Of a stretch of DNA of 64,000 bases, positions 27,823 to 38,394 are shown piece by piece. The stretch covers positions 26,608 to 90,607 of the forward strand of contig JBOIBN010000001.1 of assembly GCA_050739575.1 (NCBI GenBank), in the 5' to 3' direction. This DNA is from Gammaproteobacteria bacterium. Its GTDB lineage: Bacteria; Pseudomonadota; Gammaproteobacteria; JAKDMP01. How positions within the stretch are numbered: the first letter of the stretch is position 1; every line of letters begins with the position of its first letter. The notes under the pieces are model-generated. The model saw nothing but the letters and a program-made list of their open reading frames with translations. It searched no databases and was not told the DNA's origin. A program made the translations under genes and the position numbers.

Positions 27823-29982
27823 ATGGTCGGGTTTCAAACCCGTTCCGCGCCCTCCATGCCAGAACTGCCGCCGGCCGGCCCGCCGCTTTGCCGCACACCG
27901 CTTGCGCCCTCGCCGCCCCCGCCCCGCAGCGGGGGGCGACGACCGTGGGAACGGGCACTCGCATGGCGGCGCGCAATGCTTTTCGTGCTCGTAGTCGTGC
28001 CCAGCGGCACCATGGCCTGGATATTTGCGAGCGCCCTGCCGCCGCCCCACGGGGACCCGCTGGATCTCGCCCTGACCGCTGCCTTCGGTTTGCTTTTTGC
28101 ATGGATCGCGATCTGGTTCTGGACTGCGATTGCAGGATTTTTTCTCATCCTGCGTGGACGCGGCATGAACGCGGTATTACGGAGCGATATGTCGGAGCCG
28201 GAGCCGGACATCAGGGCTCGGGTTGCGGTGGTGATGCCGGTGTATCAGGAAGATCCGGCGCTGATCGCGGCGGGTATCGCGACTCTCTTTCAGGGCCTCG
28301 CGGCAAAACCGACGATCGAACGCTACGATTTTTTCATTCTGAGCGACAGCGCGGAGCCCGATCGCTGGATTGCCGAGGAGACGATGTGGGCCAGGCTCGT
28401 CGGCGAACTCGACGCTGGCGGGCGCATTTTTTACCGGCGTCGACGCAGCCGCACCAAGCGCAAGCCCGGAAACATTGCCGACTTCTGCCGCCGCTGGGGC
28501 CGCAATTACGCCTACATGATCATGCTCGACGCCGACAGCATTCTCGATGCCGATACGGCCGAACAACTAGTCGCACGCATGGACGCGAATCCGGCGGCGG
28601 GCATCATCCAGACCTTCCCCCAAGTGGTGAACCAGCAAACGCTTTACGGACGTCTACAGCAGTTTGCGGCGGCACTCTATGGGCGGATGTTCACCGCGGG
28701 TCTGCACTTCTGGCAACTCGGGGCTGGAATGTACTGGGGACACAATGCGATCATCCGGGTGGACGCCTTTATGCGCCATTGCATTCTCCCGAGCATCCGC
28801 GGCGGTCCGCTAAGCGGAGACATTCTCAGTCATGATTTCGTGGAAGCGGCCCTCATGCGCCGCGCCGGTTATGATGTTTGGATCGCTTACGATCTTTGCG
28901 GCAGCTACGAAGAAACGCCGCCGCGCTTCGCCGACGACGTCGTGCGCGATCGGCGTTGGGCTCGCGGCAACCTCCAGCATCTGCGCCTGCTGGGGCTGCG
29001 TGGTCTGCACGGAGCGCATCGGGCGATGTTCGTCGCCGGCGCCTTCAGCTACATTTCCTCCGGCATCTGGCTCGTCTTCCTGGGACTCGGCACGGCAATC
29101 ATGATTCAGCATGCCTTGACACCACCCAACTATTTCCCGCAGGCCTATTCCCCGTTTCCGCACTGGCCCGTGTGGCACCACGGAATACAGGTAGCCCTGA
29201 TCGCAGCCGCGTTCGGTGTGCTGCTGTTGCCGAAGCTGCTCGGCTGGCTGCTGGCCGTCTCGCGGCGGCGCATTCGCGAACGGTTCGGAGGCAGCGTGAG
29301 GCTCACGCTCGGGATGTTGCTGGAACTGATCGTATCCGGCCTGTTCGCTCCCGCCCGCATGCTGCTTCACAGCTTCTTCGTCGTCGCCGCACTCGTCGGT
29401 GCGCGCGTGGAATGGGGCGGCCAGCAGCGCGGCCTGATCTCGGTCCACTGGCAAGCTGTGGCTCGCCGTCACGCACTCGGATTCGTGCTCGGCGTGGCAT
29501 GGCTGACGCTTGCCCTTCAGGTCAGCCTCACTTTGTTTTTCTGGCTGTTGCCCGCGCTTGCCGGACTGTTTTTTACCCCTCTGCTCGAACTCCTGACCGG
29601 CAGTCATCGGCTCGGTCGGCGGCTGCGCTCCAAAGGATTGCTGGTAACCGGAGAAGAACTTGCACCGACGGCCGCCCTCCTCACGCGCCGGCGCATTTTG
29701 CGGCGTTATCTGATCTTGCCAACGCCGGGCTTTGCCGCCGTGTTCCAGGATCCAGAGATTCACGCGCTGCACGTCGGCCTGCTGCGTCCCCGTCGCCTGC
29801 CACGGGGGGCGGTCGGCCACGGCCGGCTGGCGAGTGCCTGGCGCCTCCTGCGCTACGGCACCGTGGCACTCGATAGCGGCGCGCGCCTGCGCCTATTGTA
29901 TGATCGTAGGCTGCTCGAATTGCTTTATCGCCGACTTGCCACACGCCATCTTGCAACCGACGCCGGAATCGAAGAAACATAG
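27823..29982 (+). CDS. opgH: Glucans biosynthesis glucosyltransferase H (OpgH/MdoH, GT2)
   Basis: Multi-TM GT2 with the D..DAD-type motif IMLDADS and the QxxRW-like motif RDRRWARGN. The start codon is uncertain. Confidence 0.75.
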   Translation: MVGFQTRSAPSMPELPPAGPPLCRTPLAPSPPPPRSGGRRPWERALAWRRAMLFVLVVVPSGTMAWIFASALPPPHGDPLDLALTAAFGLLFAWIAIWFWTAIAGFFLILRGRGMNAVLRSDMSEPEPDIRARVAVVMPVYQEDPALIAAGIATLFQGLAAKPTIERYDFFILSDSAEPDRWIAEETMWARLVGELDAGGRIFYRRRRSRTKRKPGNIADFCRRWGRNYAYMIMLDADSILDADTAEQLVARMDANPAAGIIQTFPQVVNQQTLYGRLQQFAAALYGRMFTAGLHFWQLGAGMYWGHNAIIRVDAFMRHCILPSIRGGPLSGDILSHDFVEAALMRRAGYDVWIAYDLCGSYEETPPRFADDVVRDRRWARGNLQHLRLLGLRGLHGAHRAMFVAGAFSYISSGIWLVFLGLGTAIMIQHALTPPNYFPQAYSPFPHWPVWHHGIQVALIAAAFGVLLLPKLLGWLLAVSRRRIRERFGGSVRLTLGMLLELIVSGLFAPARMLLHSFFVVAALVGARVEWGGQQRGLISVHWQAVARRHALGFVLGVAWLTLALQVSLTLFFWLLPALAGLFFTPLLELLTGSHRLGRRLRSKGLLVTGEELAPTAALLTRRRILRRYLILPTPGFAAVFQDPEIHALHVGLLRPRRLPRGAVGHGRLASAWRLLRYGTVALDSGARLRLLYDRRLLELLYRRLATRHLATDAGIEET

Positions 29983-29986
29983 CGCG

Positions 29987-31801
29987 ATGCCACGCCGGGC
30001 GGGAATTGTCACGACTGTGGCCTGCCTCGCGCTCGCAGCTTGCGCCACGCAGGAATCGGTCCAGCAGGCGCAGAGCCAGGCCACTCGCGCCGTCGCCACC
30101 ACGCAAAATCAGGAAACCGCACTCAAGTCGTTGACGGAACGCGAAGGCCGGCACCAGCAGGAGCTCACCGTGCAATTGACCCAGATCCAGGCTCAACAGG
30201 TCGCGGCGAACAAACAATTGCAGATGCTCGCGAACAAGCTGGACAAACTGCACGGCGAACTACGTACTCAGGCGACGAAAATCCCGAAGGCACTGCCAAA
30301 AACCCCAGCGCCGGCGGCGAGCGCACGCGCGCCGGCAACGACAACAACCGTAAGCGCCCCGGTCACCAGTTCGGTGACCAACGCACTGTATGCCCGGATC
30401 GCCGAGCGCGCAGGGCAAATCGCGCTCGGCAAGGCCTCCGCTCCGGATTTGCCGCAAGCGCCGAACTCGTTGCAGCACCTCGATTATGCTGCCTATCAAG
30501 CGATCCGCTACGTGGGACAGCTTGCGGATTGGAACGGAAGCGATACTTTCAAGCTGAAATTTCACCCCGCGGGTTTCGTCTTCAACCAATCCATCCAGAT
30601 TCACCTGAACGGACAACAGGACAGTCCACCCCTCGACTTTACGTCAAAAGACTTTCACTGGCCGTCACAAATCGGGAATGGGCCGTCGGGGGAAATTCCG
30701 GTGGCCGGCTTTCGCGTGGGACAACTTTATGACGGCGGCCAGTCGGCGCCGTTTCTGGATTTTCTCGGCGCCAGTTACTTCCAAGCTGCGCCACCCGGAA
30801 AGCCGTTCGGATTGTCGGCGCGCGGCGTTTCGATCGATACCGGTGTGAGCAACACCGCAGAGGAATTCCCAAGCTTCGTCGAATTCTGGCTGGGTGCGCC
30901 GGCGGACTCACAGCTCGATGTCGTCGCGCTGCTCGCCAGCGACAGCCTGGACGGCGCCTATCGCTTTGAGGTGCTGCCCGAAGCGAAGCAAACCACAATG
31001 CAAATCACGGCCACGCTTTACCTGACCCACACGGTGGCCCAACTCGGGATCTCCCCGCTCACCAGCATGTATTTGCAGGGACCCGACAGCCTGAACCGTC
31101 CCGATGCCGTGGCCAAGGCAGTGCACGATTCCGACGGCCTGCTGATCCATGACGGAGAGGGCTGGATGTGGGTGCCACTTTACAATCCCGCGCGCCTGCA
31201 AGTACTCGAAATAGCGGTGAACAATCTGCGCGGTTTCGGCCTGCTCCAGCGTGACCGCAAGTACGACGACTACCAGGATTCACAAGACAACTACCAGAAC
31301 CATCCCAATGCCTGGGTAGAACCGACGAACGATTGGGGCAGCGGAGTCGTCAAGTTGGTCGAAATTCCGGCGCAGTATTCGAGCAACAGCAACATCGTCG
31401 CCTTCTGGACGCCGGCCAACCCGCCCGCACCCCAACAGGTTTACCGATTCGCCTATCGGCTGGCCTGGTCACTCGGCGGACCGGGCGAGGGCGAACTCGG
31501 GCGTGTGCTCGCGACCCGCATCGTCGATCTGAAGGGCGGGCATTACGCGGTCATGATCGATTTCGGCGGCGGCGCGCTCGCCGATCTACCCACTTGGGTG
31601 GACGTCAAACCCACAATCAGCGCAAGCGACAACGATCTCAAGATCGAGAACGTCACGCTCACCAAAATCGTCGAAACCGACCGCTGGCGTCTCGGCTTCG
31701 AGGTGAGCGGAGGCGGGAACAACGACCGGATCACGGCATGGCTGCACTACGGCGAGCGGGTGCTGAGCGAACGCTGGATGCGTCAGCGTCCGGGATCCTG
31801 A
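29987..31801 (+). CDS. opgG: OpgG/MdoG-family periplasmic glucan biosynthesis protein with a lipoprotein signal and a ~190-aa coiled-coil and Ala/Thr-rich N-terminal extension
   Basis: Lipobox LALAAC. The MdoG domain starts at about aa 200. Confidence 0.7.
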   Translation: MPRRAGIVTTVACLALAACATQESVQQAQSQATRAVATTQNQETALKSLTEREGRHQQELTVQLTQIQAQQVAANKQLQMLANKLDKLHGELRTQATKIPKALPKTPAPAASARAPATTTTVSAPVTSSVTNALYARIAERAGQIALGKASAPDLPQAPNSLQHLDYAAYQAIRYVGQLADWNGSDTFKLKFHPAGFVFNQSIQIHLNGQQDSPPLDFTSKDFHWPSQIGNGPSGEIPVAGFRVGQLYDGGQSAPFLDFLGASYFQAAPPGKPFGLSARGVSIDTGVSNTAEEFPSFVEFWLGAPADSQLDVVALLASDSLDGAYRFEVLPEAKQTTMQITATLYLTHTVAQLGISPLTSMYLQGPDSLNRPDAVAKAVHDSDGLLIHDGEGWMWVPLYNPARLQVLEIAVNNLRGFGLLQRDRKYDDYQDSQDNYQNHPNAWVEPTNDWGSGVVKLVEIPAQYSSNSNIVAFWTPANPPAPQQVYRFAYRLAWSLGGPGEGELGRVLATRIVDLKGGHYAVMIDFGGGALADLPTWVDVKPTISASDNDLKIENVTLTKIVETDRWRLGFEVSGGGNNDRITAWLHYGERVLSERWMRQRPGS

Positions 31802-33390
31802 GCCACGCTGCACCCAGGCTGATAGGACGAAAGCATGTCGGGGGGCAGCATGTAGGTCCAGGTTTCGGTCAGAGTCTCCTTGCCGCGGGTCAGGTAGGCG
31901 CGCAAATCGAGCGGCTGGCCCTGCGCCGGCGAAACCAGAAAACTCAGCCTCCAACCCGAAAACGGCGGGGCTTGCTCCACATGCACTTCCTCGATCTTGC
32001 CCCCCGCGACCGTGCTGACCTGCGCCTCTACACCCTCGGCAAGTTGTCCCAGCTCACCGCCCCGGAAGTTCACTATGAACCGTAGTGCGCAGCCGCTGGC
32101 CTGCGTGCCCGGATTCGTCCCCGCCCCGACGAAGGTAGCGGCGGCATAACCAGCCGGAGGCGTGCCGACGCCCTCTCCGCCGAACGTCAGGCGGTAGTGC
32201 AGGATGAGGGGCTGACCCGGCGGAGGCAGCGAATCCGGCGTATAAAAGGCGACGATGTTGTCCTCGGTTTCGTCGCTTTCAGGCAACTCGACGAGCATGA
32301 TTTGCCCCTTGCCCCATGCGCCGATCGGAGTCACCCAGGCGTTGGGCCGCAAATCGTAGCGCGCTTCGAGATCCTCGTAGTCGGCGAAACGGCGCGGGCG
32401 CTGCAGGAGTCCGAAACCCTTGGGATCGGCCACCGTGAAACTCGTCGTGGCGATCGACTGTGGATTGATGAGCGGACGCCATAACCATTCGCCGTCGCCG
32501 TTCTCGACGCCGAGCCCGCTCGAATCATGTACGGCCGCCCGCCACTCACCCGCCGGTCGCGATGTGTTCGCACCGTAAAAAAACATGCTGGTAAGCGGAG
32601 CGAGTCCGACCCGCTCAGGATGGTCGCGAAAGTAGAGCACCGCCGTGACATCGAGCGTGGTCGCCGCACCGGGCTGCACCACAAACCGGTACGCGCCGCT
32701 CACGTGCTCCCCGTCGAGCAGAGCGTAAAGATCCATCGTGCCTGCTCCGGGCGCAGGCTTCACCAGCCAGAACGAACGAAAAAGCGGGAAGGATTCGGGA
32801 CTCGAAAGACCGGTATCAATTGCCAGCCCGCGCGCCGACAAACCGAATCCCTCGTCACGGCCGACGGCACGAAAATAGCTCGCGCCGCCGAATACCAGGA
32901 AACTGTTGTAGGGTGCCCCCGGTTCGAGTGGATAGGTAATGGCAAGGCCACCGTAGCCGAGATTGACGGGAACACGTCTCGCAAACGTCTTGTCCGGATA
33001 CGTAAAAAGGGACTTGTCGAAAGCGAGCGGATGTACCGTGCCGTCGTTCACGATGTGAATCCCGACCGCTCGCGTGTAGTACAAACCGGCGGGCTGCAGC
33101 ATGACGCCGAAATTGCTTCCCTCTGCTCGCCACAGGCGCAGCTCGGGGCGAAACCGGATTTGCTGGTATTGATCGTAGGTAAGGGCCGGAAACTGCATCC
33201 AGGCCGGGATTTCCCGCACCGGCTGGTAAGGCTCGGCGGCGAGAGCCTTCGCCTTGGCGATCACGTCATCAAAGCCGAACGCATGCGCCTGCCTCGGCAA
33301 CAAAAACAGGCCGCACAACAGGAGCGCGAGCGCCGGCGCAGCGCGGAAAATGCAGAAGAACCTCCGATCCAGATTTATCGGTTGCGACAT
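31783..33390 (-). CDS. opgD: OpgD/MdoD-like glucan biosynthesis protein with a Tat signal
   Basis: The twin-arginine motif DRRFF lies in the signal peptide, and the MdoG-family domain follows. It is convergent with, and overlaps, the opgG 3' end by 19 bp. The start was chosen at MSQPINL. Confidence 0.7.
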   Translation of the reverse strand: MSQPINLDRRFFCIFRAAPALALLLCGLFLLPRQAHAFGFDDVIAKAKALAAEPYQPVREIPAWMQFPALTYDQYQQIRFRPELRLWRAEGSNFGVMLQPAGLYYTRAVGIHIVNDGTVHPLAFDKSLFTYPDKTFARRVPVNLGYGGLAITYPLEPGAPYNSFLVFGGASYFRAVGRDEGFGLSARGLAIDTGLSSPESFPLFRSFWLVKPAPGAGTMDLYALLDGEHVSGAYRFVVQPGAATTLDVTAVLYFRDHPERVGLAPLTSMFFYGANTSRPAGEWRAAVHDSSGLGVENGDGEWLWRPLINPQSIATTSFTVADPKGFGLLQRPRRFADYEDLEARYDLRPNAWVTPIGAWGKGQIMLVELPESDETEDNIVAFYTPDSLPPPGQPLILHYRLTFGGEGVGTPPAGYAAATFVGAGTNPGTQASGCALRFIVNFRGGELGQLAEGVEAQVSTVAGGKIEEVHVEQAPPFSGWRLSFLVSPAQGQPLDLRAYLTRGKETLTETWTYMLPPDMLSSYQPGCSVAQDPGR

Positions 33391-33421
33391 CGTCAACACC
33401 CTTGTTCCATTTTTCGCGAGA

Positions 33422-35290
33422 TCAATGCAAATCAACGGCGGCTGCACAGAAGCAATAGGCGTAAACGCCGTTCGGATCGTGCAGGGTGAGTGCCTGGGTA
33501 ATTTGATCAAGCACGGGATGCACGGCGGCATACAAGCTGTTCCCATTGGCGCCGAACAGATGTCGGACGACGACTTGCGCGCTGGAGTCGTTGGCGAGAT
33601 TGACTATGAACTGCTCGCCGGAAGAGAGCTGCGGTGCGACGTAGGTCACGCCGTAATTTTGAAGCTTGGCGAGCGCAGCCGCCGAGCGCACCGCGGAGTC
33701 GAGATCGCCGAATTCGTCTATCAGACCGATGCGCTTGGCGTCGGCACCTGCCCACACCCGGCCTTGAGCGATGGCATCCACATGAGTTTCGGGCAGATCG
33801 CGATATTTCGCGACGTTGCCGGTGAACTCGGCGTAGCCATGGTTGACCGTAAGCTGAAAGACCTTGGCGTCCTCGGGACTCAGCGCGCGGAACGGATCGC
33901 CAAAGTCGGCGAGCGGCGCGGTTTCGACACCGTCGCGGTGCACGCCCGCCCAATTCATCGTGTTCTCGAAGGTCGGGAACATGCCGAAGATGCCAATCGA
34001 ACCGGTGATGGTCGCTGGCGAGGCGAAAATCCGGTCGCCCGCCATCGAAATCCAGTAGCCTCCGGAGGCCGCTACGCCGGCCATGGAAATCACCAGCGGC
34101 TTGCCGCCCTGTTTGAGCGCAAGTTCCGCATCCAGGATTTCGTCGGAGGCGAGGGCGCTGCCGCCGGGACTGTTAACGTCGAGCACCACCGCCTTGATCC
34201 TCTGATCATGGAGCGCGCGATTCAAAAGGCTCGAGAGCGTATCGGCCCCGATGCTCCCTTGCGGGGCCTGGCCAGGAACGATGTCGCCTTCGGCGACGAT
34301 GATCGCAACCTGATCCCATGCACGATTGGCGAGCTGCCCCGCCGGATTGCGCGCGGCAAGATAAGTTTTCATGTCGATTTGGTTGTAATTCCCGGTATCC
34401 GGATCGCCGCCGACGAGCTTCGTCAACTGCGCGCGCAGCGCCGGTGCGGGCATAACCCCGTCAATCAGCCCGCTACGAACGGCGAGCGCAGCCGCGTCCC
34501 CGTGCTCTGCCTGAAGGGCATCGGGCACATGGTTGGCAAGAGTTATCAGGGTGTCCGCGTTGCGGCCCCGGCCGCGGGCGACGTCGCCCACATAACCATT
34601 CCAGAGAACATCGAGCAGATCCGAGGTCTCTTCCCGCGCCGGGGGCGACATATCGTTGCGCGTGAACGGTTCGACGTAGGACTTGTACTTGCCGACCCGA
34701 AAGACATGCCATTCGACCTTGAGCTTATCAATCAAGTCCTTGTAGTAATTCTGGTAGGCGGCGAGTCCGAACAAGGCCACCATGCCCTGATCGCTGGTGA
34801 GCCAGGCGTGGCTCGCTATCGCGGCAAGGTAATAGGAGCCTTGCGAATAGTTGTTCGCGTAGGCGATCACCGGCTTGCCGCTCTTCTCGAATTGTTTTAG
34901 TGCGGTGCCCACACGCTCGAGCTGAGCGAGACTGCCGCCGTCGAAATCGTCCAGATCGAGCACGATCGCCTTGATGTGCGGATCGTCGGCGGCGGTATCA
35001 GCGGCCCAGACGAGATCGCGCACCCGCGTCACCGGCGCGGGACTCTGACCGACCAGCTGTTGCTGGGCGCGCCGTACGCGATTGGGAATCTGCTCGACCA
35101 GCGTGCCCTGCGGATCGAGTACCAGCGCCGCGGAGGCGGGCACCGACGGTCCCTTGGGTCGGAAGATCAGGACCAGGATGATCACCACGATCACAATGAA
35201 CAGTAGATCCACGACGACCCGCCGGGTGATGTCTATTCCCTTTAGCGTGCCGCCCAAGAAACGCCGGAAGCGATTGTGCGAGGCCGCCAT
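33422..35290 (-). CDS. sppA: Signal peptide peptidase SppA (67K type, tandem S49 domains)
   Basis: 622 aa, with an N-terminal TM segment and two ClpP/crotonase-like S49 repeats. Confidence 0.8.
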   Translation of the reverse strand: MAASHNRFRRFLGGTLKGIDITRRVVVDLLFIVIVVIILVLIFRPKGPSVPASAALVLDPQGTLVEQIPNRVRRAQQQLVGQSPAPVTRVRDLVWAADTAADDPHIKAIVLDLDDFDGGSLAQLERVGTALKQFEKSGKPVIAYANNYSQGSYYLAAIASHAWLTSDQGMVALFGLAAYQNYYKDLIDKLKVEWHVFRVGKYKSYVEPFTRNDMSPPAREETSDLLDVLWNGYVGDVARGRGRNADTLITLANHVPDALQAEHGDAAALAVRSGLIDGVMPAPALRAQLTKLVGGDPDTGNYNQIDMKTYLAARNPAGQLANRAWDQVAIIVAEGDIVPGQAPQGSIGADTLSSLLNRALHDQRIKAVVLDVNSPGGSALASDEILDAELALKQGGKPLVISMAGVAASGGYWISMAGDRIFASPATITGSIGIFGMFPTFENTMNWAGVHRDGVETAPLADFGDPFRALSPEDAKVFQLTVNHGYAEFTGNVAKYRDLPETHVDAIAQGRVWAGADAKRIGLIDEFGDLDSAVRSAAALAKLQNYGVTYVAPQLSSGEQFIVNLANDSSAQVVVRHLFGANGNSLYAAVHPVLDQITQALTLHDPNGVYAYCFCAAAVDLH

Positions 35291-35402
35291 AGGGTTACCG
35301 CTGGACGAATAGATGAAACATATTATTACTTCGGCCCCTCAACACGCAAAAGCTTGTTCCGAGATTTTGAAATGCGAGGATGTATAAAATCGCCTGAGCG
35401 CT

Positions 35403-36617
35403 TCACCCGGCCTTCGGCTGCAGGCGCACTCTTTCACGGCGAAAACCGAGGCCGAAGACGCGGGCCGGAATCCGACGCACGAACCGGAATCGAAACAGAA
35501 ACCGGCCGAACGGTCCGATACGCATTGCGCCCACACCGGGTTCGAGTGCACGCGACACCACGCGATTCTGGATCACGATTTGGACGCGCTGCATGACCCG
35601 CACCGGCCTTTCGCGCCGCTTTTGTACGCGGGCCAGATCCACCTCCTCAGGTGCTCGCCCGGCACGAAACACCGGCCCCAGAATATTGGCGGCGGCAACC
35701 GCGTCCTGGATCGCGACGTTGACGCCCACGCCGCCGACCGGCGACATGGCGTGCGCGGCGTCACCGATCAAAAGAAGTCCCGGGCGATGCCAGCGCCTGA
35801 TGCGATCCACCTGCACCTCGAGCAGACTGAGCGCGTCCCAGGATTGGATTTCCTGCACGCGATCGGCGAGAAACGGCGCAAGTGCAGTTAATCGACTACG
35901 AAACGCATCGAGCGGACCCGCGCGCAAGGATTGCGCGCCGCCCTTGGCGATCACATAGCCGATCTGCCAATATGTCCCGCGGTTGAGCATCACCATAAAC
36001 TGCCCCTTGCCGAGGAAACCGCCGGTCGTTTCCGGATCCCCCTCGCGACGCGAAAGCCGAAACCACAGGACATCCATCGGCGCACCCAGTTCGTGCGGCT
36101 CGAACCCGGCTGCGGCGCGCATGGTCGAGTGCCGCCCGTCGGTGCCGACCACTAGATCGGCACGAATTTCGACCGGACCGTCCGGACCCACGGCACGCAC
36201 GCCGGCGACGCGACCATCTTCATCGATAAACTCGCGCCCCTCGGTACGCATTAGGAGGCGGTAGCCAGGATAGCGCCGCCCCTCCTCGGCAAGCATGTTC
36301 AAAAGATCCCACTGCGGCACCAGCGCAAGGTACGGGAACGGTTTGAGCCTGCGGTAATCTCCGATCGCAAATACGCCGTTCGCGGCACTCGCCGTGAGCG
36401 TTTCTGTCCGCTGCACGGGAAGCTGCATGAATCGTTCCAGCAGACCGAGATCGTCGAGTACCGAAAGCGTGGACGGTTGCGCCGTATCGCCGCGGAAATC
36501 GCGCAGGAAGTCACCGTGCTTTTCGAGCACCGTGACGGAAATGCCGGCACGGGCAAGTATCAGGCCAAGCATCATGCCGGCGGGTCCGCCGCCGACGACG
36601 CAGCATTGCGTGTTCAC
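35403..36617 (-). CDS. FAD-dependent monooxygenase (UbiH/UbiF/VisC-like)
   Basis: Rossmann motif VVGGGPAGMMLG and the GDAAH motif of aromatic-ring hydroxylases. The start was placed at a GTG. Confidence 0.65.
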   Translation of the reverse strand: MNTQCCVVGGGPAGMMLGLILARAGISVTVLEKHGDFLRDFRGDTAQPSTLSVLDDLGLLERFMQLPVQRTETLTASAANGVFAIGDYRRLKPFPYLALVPQWDLLNMLAEEGRRYPGYRLLMRTEGREFIDEDGRVAGVRAVGPDGPVEIRADLVVGTDGRHSTMRAAAGFEPHELGAPMDVLWFRLSRREGDPETTGGFLGKGQFMVMLNRGTYWQIGYVIAKGGAQSLRAGPLDAFRSRLTALAPFLADRVQEIQSWDALSLLEVQVDRIRRWHRPGLLLIGDAAHAMSPVGGVGVNVAIQDAVAAANILGPVFRAGRAPEEVDLARVQKRRERPVRVMQRVQIVIQNRVVSRALEPGVGAMRIGPFGRFLFRFRFVRRIPARVFGLGFRRERVRLQPKAG

Positions 36618-36621
36618 CGCT

Positions 36622-38004
36622 TCAGCTCTCCGGATTCGCAGTTGAATTTCGGTTGGTCGCGGCGCCCGCCTGCGCAAGCAGAGCCGTGATCCGCGGCAAC
36701 CAGGCATGATGCTCGGGCTTCATCAGGCAGGAGCGCAGTACGGTGACTGTCTCGGCATCCCATTCGAGCCCGGGCCACCACGGTTCGGCCAAGGGGCGCG
36801 GAAGCTGCAGCAGCGCGAGGTGTAGATTGCGTTCGGCGGCGACCTCGAACACCTCCCGCGCGCGTCGCGAGGCAGCGCTTGCCCGCTCCGCCCGCGCACC
36901 GAATACGACAATATCGAGCACCGGTGGTGCCAGCGCGACGAACTCTTTGGAATTACCCACCCAATTGTGCAATTCGAGCGCGGCAGCAAGACTTTCGCAA
37001 AGACCAGATGCAAATTCGCCGCCGGGCGTGAGCGGCAGAAGTTCGAGCGTCGCCCACAACGCGGCCGCCGCAGCGCCGGGACGCGAACACTCGAGACTGA
37101 TCTCGCCGAGATGAAGTTCGTCGGAACTGAAATACGTGTAGGGCGAATCGTGACGATAGACTTGCCCGACGGCCGGATCGCGAAAGATTATGGCGCCGCA
37201 GCCGTAAGGTTGCAGACCATGCTTGTGCGGATCGATGACGACCGAATCCGCCCCGGCCATGACCGCGAATGCACGTTCGCGCACGGGATTTCCCGCCGCC
37301 GCGAGTTTGAAGTATCCGCCGTAGGCCGCATCAACGTGCACGCGTACTCCGCCCGCGCGGGCAAGCGGCAGGATTTCCTCCAGCGGATCGAGCGCGCCCT
37401 GGCTCGTAGTGCCCAGCGTCGCGACTACGCAGGCAACTCCGCCCTGCCCGAGTTCGGCGGCGAGCGCGTCGATGTTCATGCGCCCGCTGCGATCAACGGC
37501 GACGGGAACGAACTCCATGCCGAGCAGCGCACTCATGCGCGCATGCGTGTAGTGCGCCTCGCTCGAAGCAAGCACGCGGCCGCTGCCCGCAAGCTCGCGC
37601 GCAATCCACAATGCCTCCAAGTTCGCAATCGTGCCGCCGCCGGTGAGATGCCCGAGATGCGTCTCGAAGCCGATCATGCGCGCGAGCGCCGCGATTGCTT
37701 CATTCTCCATGGCCGAACTCGCACGGCCGCCGTCGAGCGCATGGTTGTTGGGATTGAGTTCCATGGTGAGCGCGTAAGCGAGGCGCGCTATTGGATGCGG
37801 CGGCTTGAGCATCTGCCCAATGTAGAGCGGATGATGATAGGGAAAATTGTCGCGGAGCCGATCCGCCGTCGCCGCGAGCACTTCGCGCACAGGTTCGGCG
37901 TCGAATGTCGCGTCGGTCTCGGGTAAATCAGCAAAAGCGCGCGCGAGCCGTTCACAGGCCGCCGACAATATCTCGATCTCAGCCCCGTTCACGGCAAGAT
38001 GCAA
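36622..38004 (-). CDS. PLP-dependent group II decarboxylase family protein
   Basis: HVDAAYGG, and the VVIDPHK motif that carries the PLP-binding lysine. Confidence 0.65.
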   Translation of the reverse strand: MHLAVNGAEIEILSAACERLARAFADLPETDATFDAEPVREVLAATADRLRDNFPYHHPLYIGQMLKPPHPIARLAYALTMELNPNNHALDGGRASSAMENEAIAALARMIGFETHLGHLTGGGTIANLEALWIARELAGSGRVLASSEAHYTHARMSALLGMEFVPVAVDRSGRMNIDALAAELGQGGVACVVATLGTTSQGALDPLEEILPLARAGGVRVHVDAAYGGYFKLAAAGNPVRERAFAVMAGADSVVIDPHKHGLQPYGCGAIIFRDPAVGQVYRHDSPYTYFSSDELHLGEISLECSRPGAAAAALWATLELLPLTPGGEFASGLCESLAAALELHNWVGNSKEFVALAPPVLDIVVFGARAERASAASRRAREVFEVAAERNLHLALLQLPRPLAEPWWPGLEWDAETVTVLRSCLMKPEHHAWLPRITALLAQAGAATNRNSTANPES

Positions 38005-38049
38005 CGGTTCTTCGATTGCTCAGGTGGCTCTATCCCGAGAACCTGGAGC

Positions 38050-38394
38050 CTAGATTTTTTCCTTGATCCGCGCCGATTTCCCGCGGCGCTCGCGCAGATA
38101 ATAGAGCTTGGCGCGACTCACGTCGCCCTTGCGCTTGACACTTATCTCCGCAATCGTCGGGCTGTGGCTCATGAACACCCGTTCCACTCCTTCGCCGTGC
38201 GACACCTTGCGCACCGTGAAGGAGCTGCCGATGCCGCGGTTACGCTTGGCGATCACGACGCCCTCGAAGGCCTGCAAGCGCTCGCGCCCTCCCTCGCTCA
38301 CCTTCACCTGCACCACCACCGTGTCGCCGGGGGCGAACTCGGGAAGATCGGTTTTGAGCTGTTCGCGTTCCAGCTCCTGAATCACCTGGCTCAT
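38050..38394 (-). CDS. rplS: 50S ribosomal protein L19
   Basis: 114 aa; [26 protein letters not shown]... Confidence 0.9.
   Translation of the reverse strand: MSQVIQELEREQLKTDLPEFAPGDTVVVQVKVSEGGRERLQAFEGVVIAKRNRGIGSSFTVRKVSHGEGVERVFMSHSPTIAEISVKRKGDVSRAKLYYLRERRGKSARIKEKI

Noticed and set aside
28810-29876. Overlapping 336-aa minus-strand and 332-aa plus-strand ORFs inside opgH
   Set aside because: They are alternative-frame or antisense artefacts inside a well-supported OpgH gene.
33254-34900. 548-aa plus-strand ORF
   Set aside because: It is antisense to a clear SppA homologue and has no recognisable family. It is a GC artefact.
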